From: Chitinophagaceae bacterium
GTDB taxonomy: Bacteria; Bacteroidota; Bacteroidia; Chitinophagales; Chitinophagaceae
Length of the DNA: 64,000 nucleotides
Direction of reading: 5' to 3'
Assembly (NCBI GenBank): GCA_040404045.1
Contig: JBBAJN010000002.1
Coordinates: 2,514-66,513, forward strand
Positions 49,514 through 59,188 of the stretch are shown in pieces. Position numbers and translations under genes: made by a program. Positions within the stretch are counted from its first letter, which is position 1; each line of letters starts with the position of its first letter. The notes beneath the pieces are model-generated. The model saw nothing but the letters and a program-made list of their open reading frames with translations. It ran no database searches and was not told the origin of the DNA.

Positions 49514-49990
49514 ATGAGTAAATTAAGTAAAGACCAGGCCCTCCAGAAACTCCGCCATTACTGTGGCTACCAGGAACGGTCGCACAAAGAGGTGAAGGAG
49601 AAACTCTATGGTTTTGGTTTATACAAGCAGGAGGTAGAGGAAGCGATCGCTACACTCATTGAAGAGGACTATCTTAACGAGGAACGATACGCCATGGCGT
49701 ATGCAGGGGGACATTTCCGCAGCAAACAATGGGGCCGTGTGAAGATCACCTACGAACTCAGGCAGAAAGGAGTGAGTGCCTACTGTATCAACAAGGCCCT
49801 GAAAGAAATCGACGAGAATGATTATCTGGAGACCCTCCGAAGCCTTGCCCAAAAGAAGGCGGAGTCGCTGCGTGGCGAGGGCCTTAACGCGTTCGCCCGC
49901 CAGCAGAAGATCATGAATTACATGATGCAGAAGGGATTTGAGCCCCCGATCATTCAACAGGTGTTGAAGGCTATGCAAGTGCCCGAATAG
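49514..49990 (+). CDS. recX: Regulatory protein RecX
   Basis: YCGYQERSHKEV..KL, YLNEERYA, WGRVKI..ELRQKG, YMMQKGF; ATG 49514. Confidence 0.92.
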   Translation: MSKLSKDQALQKLRHYCGYQERSHKEVKEKLYGFGLYKQEVEEAIATLIEEDYLNEERYAMAYAGGHFRSKQWGRVKITYELRQKGVSAYCINKALKEIDENDYLETLRSLAQKKAESLRGEGLNAFARQQKIMNYMMQKGFEPPIIQQVLKAMQVPE

Positions 49991-50056
49991 GGCTTTCAAA
50001 ACAACACGGGGTGAACGCTTTCTGGCTTCGTTCTAATTTTGGTAATTTACAGGGCT

Positions 50057-50896
50057 ATGTCGTCATTAACAGTCAGTATCATACAAGCCAACCTGGCATG
50101 GGAGGATAAGGCAGCGAACCTGCGCATGTTTGAAGATCGGATCAAGAGCCTGGGTCCAACGGAACTCATTGTGCTTCCGGAAATGTTCAGCACGGGTTTC
50201 AGTATGAAACCCAAAGTGCTGGCAGAAACCATGGCCGGCGATACCGTCAATTGGATGAAACAGCTCTCCGCTTCCAAAAAATCGATCATTACGGGCAGCC
50301 TGATCATAGAAGACGGCGGCAATTTCTACAATCGCCTGATCTGGATGCTTCCCAATGGGCAGTACGGGTACTACGACAAGCGACATTTGTTTGGCTTTGC
50401 CGGTGAGCATGATCATTATGCTTCCGGCAATAAAAGACTGATCGCTTCGGTTAAAGGCTGGAAGATCAACCTGCAGGTGTGCTACGACCTTCGGTTTCCC
50501 GTTTGGGCCAGGCAGCAGAATGCTCCCGAGGTAGAAATTGATGAAGAAGATTTCGGCGGCCCCCAGTTTGTTCCGCATGCACCTGCGGCGCCGGAATATG
50601 ATGTCCTGATCTATGTGGCCAATTGGCCGGAGCGAAGGTCCCATGCCTGGAAAACATTGTTGCAGGCACGCGCCATTGAAAACCAGTGCTATGTAGTAGG
50701 CGTCAATCGTGTGGGGCAGGACGGTAACGGGATCAACCACAGCGGCGACAGCATGATCGTTGATCCGCTCGGCGAAGTGCTGCATACTGCTCAGGATGAA
50801 CATGTTCATACCCTCACCCTAAAGAAAGAAGATCTGGAATTGATCCGGTCAAAATTTCCGTTTCTCAAGGACGGCGATTCGTTTATGATCGTTTAA
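50057..50896 (+). CDS. Nitrilase-family amidohydrolase (omega-amidase / YafV-like)
   Basis: LPEMFSTGF, YDKRHLF, QVCYDLRFPVW, VANWP, ARAIENQCYV; ATG 50057. Confidence 0.92.
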   Translation: MSSLTVSIIQANLAWEDKAANLRMFEDRIKSLGPTELIVLPEMFSTGFSMKPKVLAETMAGDTVNWMKQLSASKKSIITGSLIIEDGGNFYNRLIWMLPNGQYGYYDKRHLFGFAGEHDHYASGNKRLIASVKGWKINLQVCYDLRFPVWARQQNAPEVEIDEEDFGGPQFVPHAPAAPEYDVLIYVANWPERRSHAWKTLLQARAIENQCYVVGVNRVGQDGNGINHSGDSMIVDPLGEVLHTAQDEHVHTLTLKKEDLELIRSKFPFLKDGDSFMIV

Positions 50897-50897
50897 C

Positions 50898-50921
50898 CGA
50901 TTGGCGAATTGACGGATTGGG
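50898..50921. repeat. Degenerate 8-bp tandem array, 3 units
   Basis: cgattggc-gaattgac-ggattggg immediately after the amidohydrolase stop. Confidence 0.5.
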
Positions 50922-50943
50922 TGAACGCGGGATAATGCAATGC

Positions 50944-52536
50944 TTACTCAAGAATTTTTTTTGACCTGATGATCTCAAATGCTTTTTGCATTTTGAGGTC
51001 GATCATATGCACCACGGCGCTCGAACTGGGTGGTACAAATACATCAGGCGCTATGCCCCTGCCATTCTTGGGCGGATGATTGTACTGTATCAGCCTGAAC
51101 AGGGGCATCCTTACCCTCACGCCGGTCTGAGGCAGGGTGATGTTCGGGATCATCAGGCCATTGTTGCCATGGCTCCCGCCGCTGGTCTCTTCTCCGATGA
51201 ACAGCACGTTCTGCTGGCCCTTCATGGTTTGCGCGAATAGGGTCGACGCGGAGAATGTAGGCCCGCCGATCAGTACATAGATATTCCCGTTGTAAAAATT
51301 TTTCTTTTTGGGTTTATACACATGCCGTTCCCAGTACTTGAAATGATATAGGCTGTCGTGCTTCCTGGATGTGAACAGACCGAGGGCCAGGCTATTGACA
51401 AATCGGGCCTGGAAATATCTTCCATAGCTGCCGAATGTCTTTCTTACGGCGTAGGCAGTATCGGCTACTTTGAAAGGGGTCTTGCGCAGGTACTGCGAAA
51501 GGCGGGTATAGTGATTCACTTTTCCGCCGCCGTTGCTCCTGATATCGATCACCAGGTTTTCGATATGTTCTTTTTTGAGTGTCCGGAAAGAGGACTTGAA
51601 GAACGCAGGAAGCCGGTTTCCGGAATCAAAAGAGTTCAGGCTCATGACGGCCGAATGGGTGGAGGAATCAATGGTCAGTGAACGAACATCCTGCAGGCGC
51701 TCTTTCTTGCTCCGCTTTTTCGGCTTGCTTTTTTTAACGTCGCGCTTCACTACTTTCTGCAGCGTATCGGCATAGGGATCATACAATGGCAGATCGACAA
51801 CCCGCTGCTCCCCGGTGCTGTCTGTATAATTCACTGTATAGGATTTCTTAAGGCCGAATATGTTGCGGTGGTATGAAGGAAATGCATTGGAGACCCGGAT
51901 ATAGTTGATGTTTTCTGCATAGCCGTCGGTTGGCAGGTACCGGAACATCACATTGGTGATCTGTGCTGCGCTGAATCCGTCTATGCTGTTGATCACGGTG
52001 CCTCTTTTGATCACGGAGTCTTTTCTGTTCAGGTTGGAGGTCACCACCATGGAATCACCCCAAATCTTCAGGAAGAGGGGGAATGAGGGGAGCCGGATGC
52101 CTCGCATGGCTTTATTGTATTTTTTAGAATAGTTGAAAGAAGTGTGGCCACATCGCACGCTGGCGGTAACCGGAGCAACAATGCGGAAACCGAATTGCTG
52201 TTCTGTCATGGAATCTTTAATGGATGCCCTGTAGAAATTGAAGGTCTGGTCAATAGAATCTTTTGGCGTATACCAGTACAGGGAGGGATGAAATTTTTCC
52301 ATCATGGCGCGCATGAGATCGAAATCTTTCTGCAACGCCTCGGGTGCATATTTCTTTAGCGGGGTAAAATTCTTAAGATCTTTCTTTGAGGGTGAAAGTT
52401 TATTGGCGCATGAGAGGAAAAAGAATAGAGAACAGCATACCAACACCATAGGCAAAATGCCCCTGGCATTCCCGGGTAAGGCGATCTCCATTCTTTTCAT
52501 GGGGCCCAATTTCATCAGTTTCTGAATGCGTTCCAA
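50944..52536 (-). CDS. S41-family peptidase, probable lipoprotein
   Basis: LVIDIRSNGGG, TFSASTLFA, IGEETSGG, GRGIAPDV; lipobox FLS/C. Start uncertain (52536, 52500 or 52449). Confidence 0.85.
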   Translation of the reverse strand: MERIQKLMKLGPMKRMEIALPGNARGILPMVLVCCSLFFFLSCANKLSPSKKDLKNFTPLKKYAPEALQKDFDLMRAMMEKFHPSLYWYTPKDSIDQTFNFYRASIKDSMTEQQFGFRIVAPVTASVRCGHTSFNYSKKYNKAMRGIRLPSFPLFLKIWGDSMVVTSNLNRKDSVIKRGTVINSIDGFSAAQITNVMFRYLPTDGYAENINYIRVSNAFPSYHRNIFGLKKSYTVNYTDSTGEQRVVDLPLYDPYADTLQKVVKRDVKKSKPKKRSKKERLQDVRSLTIDSSTHSAVMSLNSFDSGNRLPAFFKSSFRTLKKEHIENLVIDIRSNGGGKVNHYTRLSQYLRKTPFKVADTAYAVRKTFGSYGRYFQARFVNSLALGLFTSRKHDSLYHFKYWERHVYKPKKKNFYNGNIYVLIGGPTFSASTLFAQTMKGQQNVLFIGEETSGGSHGNNGLMIPNITLPQTGVRVRMPLFRLIQYNHPPKNGRGIAPDVFVPPSSSAVVHMIDLKMQKAFEIIRSKKILE

Positions 52537-53546
52537 CCTTGAGCGGTGAGGGCATGCCGGTTTCCGCCCTTGGTGATAATGACTGCGCCATCGATGGCAT
52601 CAGTGACATAACCGATCACGCTGATCTGTTCATTGAGGATCACTTTCTCGTGATCCTCCTGGCGGATGGTAAACAGCAGTTCATAATCTTCGCCGCCACT
52701 AAGAGCGCATGCCGTAGGGTCGATCTCGAATTTATAGGCTGCTTTTCGCATGTCTTCGCTGACCGGCAATTTCTCTTCATAGATCACTGCACCGGTTCCG
52801 CTTTGTTCGCAGATGTGCAGGATCTCGGAGCTGAGGCCATCGCTGATGTCCATCATGGAAGTGGGGACGATACCGGCTTCTTCGAAATAAGCGATGATAT
52901 CTTTACGGGCCTCGGGCTTCAGCAACCTTCGTATAACATAGTCTTCGCCTTCCAGGTCAGGCTGTATCTGCGGATTTTCAAGAAAAATCTTCTTCTCCCT
53001 TTCCAGGAATAAAAGCCCTATATAGGCCGCACCCAGGTCTCCCGAACAGCAGATCAGGTCGCCAATTCTTGCGCCCGATCTTTTTACTATTTTATCGGCA
53101 ACAATTTCGCCTACTGCGGTAACTGATATGATGAAACCTTTTTGTGAAGATGCGGTATCACCGCCGATCAGGTCAACACCATATTGTTCGCAGGCAGTAT
53201 ACACACCGTCGTAAAATTCTTCCAACCCTTCCACACTGAACCGGCTGCTCACGCCCAGGCTGAGCGTGATCTGCGTAGGCGTTGCGTTCATGGCGTAGAG
53301 ATCGCTCAGGTTGACCACCACTGACTTATAGCCGAGGTGCTTCAAGGGGGTATACATCAGGTCGAAATGAACGCCTTCAATGAGCAGGTCCGTGGTGATA
53401 ACGGTTTGTTTCCCGAAGTGATCGATCACGGCTGCATCATCGCCGACGCCTAATATGGATGAAGCGTTTTGAAGTTCAATATTCTTGGTTAGGTGCTTGA
53501 TCAGTCCAAATTCACCATAGGTAGAGATCTCAGTTCTTTGTTCCAT
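52515..53546 (-). CDS. thiL: Thiamine-phosphate kinase
   Basis: GVGDDAAV, TTDLLIEGVHF, VNLSDLYAM, LIGGDT, MDISDGL, GGEDYELLFT. Confidence 0.96.
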   Translation of the reverse strand: MEQRTEISTYGEFGLIKHLTKNIELQNASSILGVGDDAAVIDHFGKQTVITTDLLIEGVHFDLMYTPLKHLGYKSVVVNLSDLYAMNATPTQITLSLGVSSRFSVEGLEEFYDGVYTACEQYGVDLIGGDTASSQKGFIISVTAVGEIVADKIVKRSGARIGDLICCSGDLGAAYIGLLFLEREKKIFLENPQIQPDLEGEDYVIRRLLKPEARKDIIAYFEEAGIVPTSMMDISDGLSSEILHICEQSGTGAVIYEEKLPVSEDMRKAAYKFEIDPTACALSGGEDYELLFTIRQEDHEKVILNEQISVIGYVTDAIDGAVIITKGGNRHALTAQGWNAFRN

Positions 53547-53549
53547 AGG

Positions 53550-54323
53550 TTATTTAATATTTTTGATCCACTGGATAAGTTCATCGTGGATATGGCCATT
53601 GGTGGCAATGATCTTCTCCTGGTAGGGTGAGTACGTGTTGCCGATGAAGTCGGTGACCTTTCCGCCGGCTTCTTCTACGATCAGGAATCCTGCGGCGCTG
53701 TCCCATGCATTCAGGTGATGTTCGAAGAACCCGTCGAAGCGGCCGCATGCCACCCAGCAAAGGTCTATCGCTGCTGAGCCAAGGCGCCTGACCGGAACAC
53801 CGGCACGTATGAATCGTCCAAAAACGTCGAGCGGGCCATTTTCCTGGTCCAAATAGGTGTATGGGAAACCGGTAACCAACAGAGATTCCAGCACATTGGA
53901 TTTCCTGCTGACGGCGATCGTTTTATCATTCAATGTGGCGCCTTTGCCTTTTTCCGCAAAGAAGAATTCGTCCATAAAAGGATTGTATACCGCGCCCATG
54001 ATCATGTCGCCATCTTTTTCAACACCGATGCTAACGCAACTGAGCGGAATGCCATTGGCATAATTGACGGTGCCGTCTATCGGATCTATGATCCACTTCA
54101 CGTTGGAGTCTTTGGGCAGGTCACCCGATTCTTCCGTTAAAATGTAATGATCGGGAAACGATTCGCGGATGATGCCGATGATGAGTTTTTCGGAAGCATG
54201 ATCCACTTCTGTAACGAGGTTGTTTACACCTTCTTTATTACTGATGGCAAAATCACGGGTAGAGAACTCCTTCATCAACTTGCCGCTTTCCAGAGCTGCG
54301 CGCACAAGTGTAGATTGTAACAT
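53550..54323 (-). CDS. suhB: Inositol monophosphatase family protein (SuhB)
   Basis: LVTEVD, WIIDPIDGTVNY, RRLGSAAIDL, WDSAAG; ATG 54323. Confidence 0.9.
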   Translation of the reverse strand: MLQSTLVRAALESGKLMKEFSTRDFAISNKEGVNNLVTEVDHASEKLIIGIIRESFPDHYILTEESGDLPKDSNVKWIIDPIDGTVNYANGIPLSCVSIGVEKDGDMIMGAVYNPFMDEFFFAEKGKGATLNDKTIAVSRKSNVLESLLVTGFPYTYLDQENGPLDVFGRFIRAGVPVRRLGSAAIDLCWVACGRFDGFFEHHLNAWDSAAGFLIVEEAGGKVTDFIGNTYSPYQEKIIATNGHIHDELIQWIKNIK

Positions 54324-54448
54324 GTTGCAAAGGTAATTTTTGTTGGGCAGAATGCAGTAGGGGTAATCAGGGGCAGGAGCTATGGCGATTGAAAATCTGC
54401 GCTCCGCTCTCTGGCCCTTATGCTCTATTTTTGACAAAACGAGTCTTT

Positions 54449-56383
54449 TTGCTTTCCGTCATCATTGTGAATTATAATGTCAAGTATTTCCTGGAGCAGT
54501 GCCTGTTCTCGGTCATGCGTGCCATGGAGCAGGTGGAGGGGGAAGTGATCGTGGTTGATAATGCATCGCAGGATGGAAGCAGGGAGCATCTACACGGGAA
54601 ATTCCCAACCGTCCACTTTATCTGGAACAAGGAAAATCTGGGTTTTGCCAGGGCCAACAATGAAGCCCTCGCCGTTGCCAGGGGGGAGTACATCCTGTTC
54701 CTGAATCCTGACACCATTGTGGCGGAAGACAGTTTTTCAACCTGTATCCGTTTTCTCGAAAAACATAAAGATGCAGGCGCCGTAGGAGTGCAAATGATCG
54801 ACGGCTGCGGCAAGTTCCTCAAGGAGAGCAAGCGGGCATATCCTACGCTAGCCGCTTCCTTCTATAAGTTAAGCGGTTTATCTGCTTTGTTTCCTTCTTC
54901 CCCCACGTTCTCAAAATACCACTTGGGCCACCTGGACCCCATGAAGGACCATGAGGTGGACGTGCTATCGGGCGCTTTCTTCATGGCCAGGAAAGCAGTT
55001 TTGGAGAGAACCGGGGGGTTCGACGAGCATTTCTTCATGTACGGGGAGGATATTGACCTGAGTTACCGCATCCAGAAGCTGGGATACCACAACTACTACT
55101 GCGCGAGGACCACCATTATCCATTTTAAGGGAGAAAGCACCAGGAAGGGCTCACTGAACTATGTCAGGATGTTCTACCTGGCCATGATCATCTTTGTTCA
55201 GAAGCATTATACCGGCATAACGGCAAAACTTTTCCGAATTGTGCTAAAAATTGCCATCTGGGCCCGGGCAGCAGTCTCTGTTTTTGCAGGGCTGATCAGG
55301 CATAACGGGCTGCCCATGATCGATGCGGTGAACACCCTGTTTGCCGTGATCTCGGCTACCTGGTTCTGGAACCGGTTTGTAAAGCCGGAGACGGTGTATG
55401 AGCGGGAGCTGCTGCTTTTTGCGTTTCCGGCCTTTACCCTCATTTTCCTGGCAGTTGCATATTATGCCGGGTTATATGATCGCCAGCAGAAAAAGGGCCG
55501 GGTGATCCACTCCACTATTTTCTCCGTGGTCATCGTGCTTGCCCTTTACTCCCTGTTACCCGAGAAATACCGGTTTTCGCGGGGGATCCTATTGTTGGGT
55601 TCATTGTTCTCATTTATTCTATTGGGAATAAACAGGATCTTATTGCGCAAGTGGGGCTGGATAGAGGAAGAGGAGGATGAGAAACTGGGGACCGTGATTG
55701 TTGGGACGGGTAAGGAGTATGAAGAAGTCACCAGGCTGATGCAGGTGGCAGACAAAGAGGAAAGGGTTTTAGGAAGAATAGCGCTGACCAAAGACGGACA
55801 AGCCTCGATTACTACATTAGATAAGCTGGGTGAGTTCCTGCACGAAGTCCCCCTTAGGGAGATCATCTTTTGTCAGGGTGAGCTCAGCTTTAAGAACATC
55901 ATTGAAAGATCGGCCCAGCTCAACACTGACTTGCGGGTTCGAATTCACGCAATGGGTTCGGGAGCCATCGTTGGAAGTGATTCCAGGAGAACATCGGGAA
56001 GAACAGTTTCTGCGGAGCAGGCCTATGCGATTGCCACGCCTGAGGAGAAAAGATTTAAGCGATTATTGGATGTAGTTGTAGGCATGTTACTGTTTTTAAC
56101 TTTCCCCATTCATTTTTTCGTCGTGAAAAATCCGTTAGGCTTGTTTTCAAACGCCTGGAAGGTGCTGATTGGACAAAAAACATGGGTAGGATATAGCGGC
56201 AGCAGTATGCAGGGGCTGCCGGCACTGAAGGAAGGCATTATTGGCACCAATGCCTTGCCCGTACAACATGAGAATCGCAGTGAAGACAGCCTTTTAATGC
56301 TTGATCAGTTGTATGCCCAAAACTATCATGTGTATCGTGATCTGCACCTGATATCTAAAGGATACAGGTGGTTGGGAACATGA
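54449..56383 (+). CDS. GT2 glycosyltransferase fused to TM segments and a degenerate priming-glycosyltransferase-like C-terminal region
   Basis: LSVIIVNYN, VVDNAS, GFARANN, FLNPD, FFMYGEDIDL; then TM helices, a CoA-binding-like segment, and KRFKRLLDVVVG. TTG 54449. Confidence 0.85.
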   Translation: MLSVIIVNYNVKYFLEQCLFSVMRAMEQVEGEVIVVDNASQDGSREHLHGKFPTVHFIWNKENLGFARANNEALAVARGEYILFLNPDTIVAEDSFSTCIRFLEKHKDAGAVGVQMIDGCGKFLKESKRAYPTLAASFYKLSGLSALFPSSPTFSKYHLGHLDPMKDHEVDVLSGAFFMARKAVLERTGGFDEHFFMYGEDIDLSYRIQKLGYHNYYCARTTIIHFKGESTRKGSLNYVRMFYLAMIIFVQKHYTGITAKLFRIVLKIAIWARAAVSVFAGLIRHNGLPMIDAVNTLFAVISATWFWNRFVKPETVYERELLLFAFPAFTLIFLAVAYYAGLYDRQQKKGRVIHSTIFSVVIVLALYSLLPEKYRFSRGILLLGSLFSFILLGINRILLRKWGWIEEEEDEKLGTVIVGTGKEYEEVTRLMQVADKEERVLGRIALTKDGQASITTLDKLGEFLHEVPLREIIFCQGELSFKNIIERSAQLNTDLRVRIHAMGSGAIVGSDSRRTSGRTVSAEQAYAIATPEEKRFKRLLDVVVGMLLFLTFPIHFFVVKNPLGLFSNAWKVLIGQKTWVGYSGSSMQGLPALKEGIIGTNALPVQHENRSEDSLLMLDQLYAQNYHVYRDLHLISKGYRWLGT

Positions 56384-56427
56384 TAAATGGCTGATATATT
56401 TTTGCCGAATAACCTATCTTGCATCCA

Positions 56428-57963
56428 ATGTCGCTCATCGAGTTTAACTTGCCGCCGTCGATTGCCAGAGCGCTGAAGCTTCCACAGAATTCACCCAAGC
56501 GCCAGCAGATCAGGGTTCTCAAAAAACTCCTGAAGACGGCACGTTATACAGAATTCGGACAACAGTTCAGATTTGATGAGATCCTCCTTAATAGGCATCC
56601 CGGAAGGAAATTCCAGGAGCTGGTTCCAACGTACGATTACAGCAAGATCCACCGCGACTGGTGGCATAAGACATTGGATGGAGTTCCCGATGTGTGCTGG
56701 CCCGGTAAGATCAAATATTTCGCGCTGAGCTCGGGCACCTCGGAGTCTGCCAGCAAATACATTCCTATCACCAATGACCTCATGCGTGGTAACCGCATTG
56801 CGATGATCAAGCAATTGCTTACCCTTCGCAGTTACGACGTGCCCTGGAAAAATGTAGGCAGCGGCTTCCTGATGCTGGGGGGCAGTACCGATCTTCAAAA
56901 AGGCCCTGGATATTACGCAGGGGATCTGAGTGGGATCACGGCGAAAAAAGCGCCGTTGTGGTTTTCTCCGTTTTATAAACCAGGCAAAAAAATTGCCAGG
57001 ACCACAGACTGGAACAGCAAGTTGGAGCAGATCGTACAGGAAGCTCCCAACTGGGATATCGGGTTCCTTACCGGTGTTCCCGCATGGATGCAGATGTGTA
57101 TGGAAATGATCATTGAGCGATACAAGCTCAATAATATACACGACATCTGGCCGAACCTGCAGATCTTCGCCCATGGTGGCGTTGCCTTCGAGCCTTACAA
57201 AAAAGGTTTTGAGAAACTGCTTGCCCATCCATTAATCTATATTGAAACCTATCTGGCTTCTGAAGGATATATCGCATACCAGGACCGGCAGGATGCGGAT
57301 GGGATGAAGCTCATCATCAATGAACATATATTTTTTGAGTTTGTTCCGTTCGACGAAAAGAACTTTGACCAGGACGGCAATATGGTTGAGAGACCGGAGG
57401 CATTGATGATCCACGAAGTGGAAGCCAATAAAGATTATGCTATCCTCCTCAGCACGTCTGCGGGGGCTTGGAGATATCTCATTGGGGATACGATCCGCTT
57501 TGTGAACCTGGACCGGTGCGAGATCATCATCACGGGCCGAACAAAACATTTCCTCAGCCTCGTTGGCGAACATCTCAGTGTGGACAATATGAATAAGGCT
57601 CTTCAGCTGGCCAGTGAAAAGATGAATATCCATATCCCCGAGTTCACTGTTGCCGGAGTCCCTTACGGCAATTTCTTTGCCCACCACTGGTACCTGGCTT
57701 GTGATAACCACGTGAACGCAGAGGAGCTGAAAACCATCCTTGACGGAAAGCTGAAGGAGTTGAACGATGACTATGCAGTGGAAAGAAAGAGCGCACTGAA
57801 AGAGATCATGGTTGATGTATTCCCCGAAAAAACGTTCATGGACTTTATGGCTTCAAAAGGCAAGGTTGGCGGGCAACATAAATTTCCCAGGGTCTTGAAA
57901 GGCGGATTGCTGCAGGAATGGCAGCAGTTCACAGGTACTAAACAACCTACAGTAGGATCATAA
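56428..57963 (+). CDS. GH3 auxin-responsive family (acyl-acid amido synthetase-like) protein
   Basis: FALSSGTSESASKYIP, GDLSGI, YLASEG, WRYLIGDT, GGQHKFPR; ATG 56428. Confidence 0.9.
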   Translation: MSLIEFNLPPSIARALKLPQNSPKRQQIRVLKKLLKTARYTEFGQQFRFDEILLNRHPGRKFQELVPTYDYSKIHRDWWHKTLDGVPDVCWPGKIKYFALSSGTSESASKYIPITNDLMRGNRIAMIKQLLTLRSYDVPWKNVGSGFLMLGGSTDLQKGPGYYAGDLSGITAKKAPLWFSPFYKPGKKIARTTDWNSKLEQIVQEAPNWDIGFLTGVPAWMQMCMEMIIERYKLNNIHDIWPNLQIFAHGGVAFEPYKKGFEKLLAHPLIYIETYLASEGYIAYQDRQDADGMKLIINEHIFFEFVPFDEKNFDQDGNMVERPEALMIHEVEANKDYAILLSTSAGAWRYLIGDTIRFVNLDRCEIIITGRTKHFLSLVGEHLSVDNMNKALQLASEKMNIHIPEFTVAGVPYGNFFAHHWYLACDNHVNAEELKTILDGKLKELNDDYAVERKSALKEIMVDVFPEKTFMDFMASKGKVGGQHKFPRVLKGGLLQEWQQFTGTKQPTVGS

Positions 57964-58595
57964 TGCTGGAAGCCATCGTCAAGGGTATAGGCCTCGGTCT
58001 TCTTCTCGTCCTCTCCGTGGGCCCGGTCATCTTCACCATCATCAAACAGAGCATTAACAACGGGCATAAAGGCGGATTTAGTTTTGTGGCCGGCGTCTGG
58101 ATCAGTGATCTATTGCTTGTTTTGCTGAGCAATTTTTTTTCCGAGCTGGTCAAGGAATTACTCGAGTTCCGGCATGCCATTGCCTATGTAGGCAGCACCT
58201 TCCTGGCGTGCATGGGGATCTATTACATCTTCTTCAAAAAAGTAACGTTGCAGGCGGGAGAGACCGAACTGGTGAGAACCTTTACAAAAACTGATTTTTC
58301 CAGGATCGCCCTTTCGGGTTTCCTTATCAACACACTCAACCCCAGCGTGCTGATCTTTTGGCTGGTCAATGCTACTGCGTTTGCCACCATACATAGTTTC
58401 TGGGAGCGCATGGTGATTTTTTCGGTATGCCTGGGCTTGAATATGCTGGCAGATGTTTTTAAAGTACTTGGCGCCGGTAAGATCAGGAACAGCCTTACGC
58501 CCAGGCATATTTTGTTGATCAACAAGATTTCAGGAACAATACTGGTTATCTTCGCTTCAGTGTTGTTATACAGCGCGATATTTTTAGGCAATTAA
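57963..58595 (+). CDS. LysE-family transporter
   Basis: SVGPVIFTII, GF.INTLNPSVLIFW; about 6 TM segments. Confidence 0.85.
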   Translation: MLEAIVKGIGLGLLLVLSVGPVIFTIIKQSINNGHKGGFSFVAGVWISDLLLVLLSNFFSELVKELLEFRHAIAYVGSTFLACMGIYYIFFKKVTLQAGETELVRTFTKTDFSRIALSGFLINTLNPSVLIFWLVNATAFATIHSFWERMVIFSVCLGLNMLADVFKVLGAGKIRNSLTPRHILLINKISGTILVIFASVLLYSAIFLGN

Positions 58596-58605
58596 GAGGT
58601 TGATC

Positions 58606-59178
58606 ATGAAGAAATGCATCACTATGATTTTCCTGGTGTTCACCACCGCTGCCCTGTTTGCACAAACAGGGTCCTTTGATATGCTGGTACTTCGCAACAG
58701 CCAGAACAGGACGGTGAAGTCTTACTTCTCCGGCAAAACGATCGAATTCGGGGCCCGTAACGGCCGCGTGATCGGAGGGATGATCCGGAAGATAGAGCGG
58801 GACACGCTGTTCATCCAGCAGTATGATATAAGACAGGCTTACACGATGTGGGGCACGCAGGTGCAGGACACCATATCCACCTATTTTCTCCCCTACCATT
58901 ATAATGAGATTTTGTGGATCCGAAAAGATAAGGCCGGTTTTGAGCTGCTTCGTAATGGGACCTTGTTTATGGTGGGTGGTTCAGCCTATACGGCCCTGCA
59001 CCTGATCAATGCAGCTTATCAGAAAGAGCCCGTGATCTGGAGTACGGTAGCCATATCAACAGGCATTGCTGCAGCTGGTTTTGTTATGAGTAAGTTGCGG
59101 AAAAGAAGATATACGATCGGGGGAAGTTACCAACTGAAATACATCAACACATCCACTGCGCCGGCCACCTCAAAATGA
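58606..59178 (+). CDS. Hypothetical exported/membrane protein
   Basis: Signal peptide, a beta-rich domain and two C-terminal hydrophobic helices; family not recognised. Confidence 0.6.
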   Translation: MKKCITMIFLVFTTAALFAQTGSFDMLVLRNSQNRTVKSYFSGKTIEFGARNGRVIGGMIRKIERDTLFIQQYDIRQAYTMWGTQVQDTISTYFLPYHYNEILWIRKDKAGFELLRNGTLFMVGGSAYTALHLINAAYQKEPVIWSTVAISTGIAAAGFVMSKLRKRRYTIGGSYQLKYINTSTAPATSK

Positions 59179-59188
59179 GCCTTAACCG

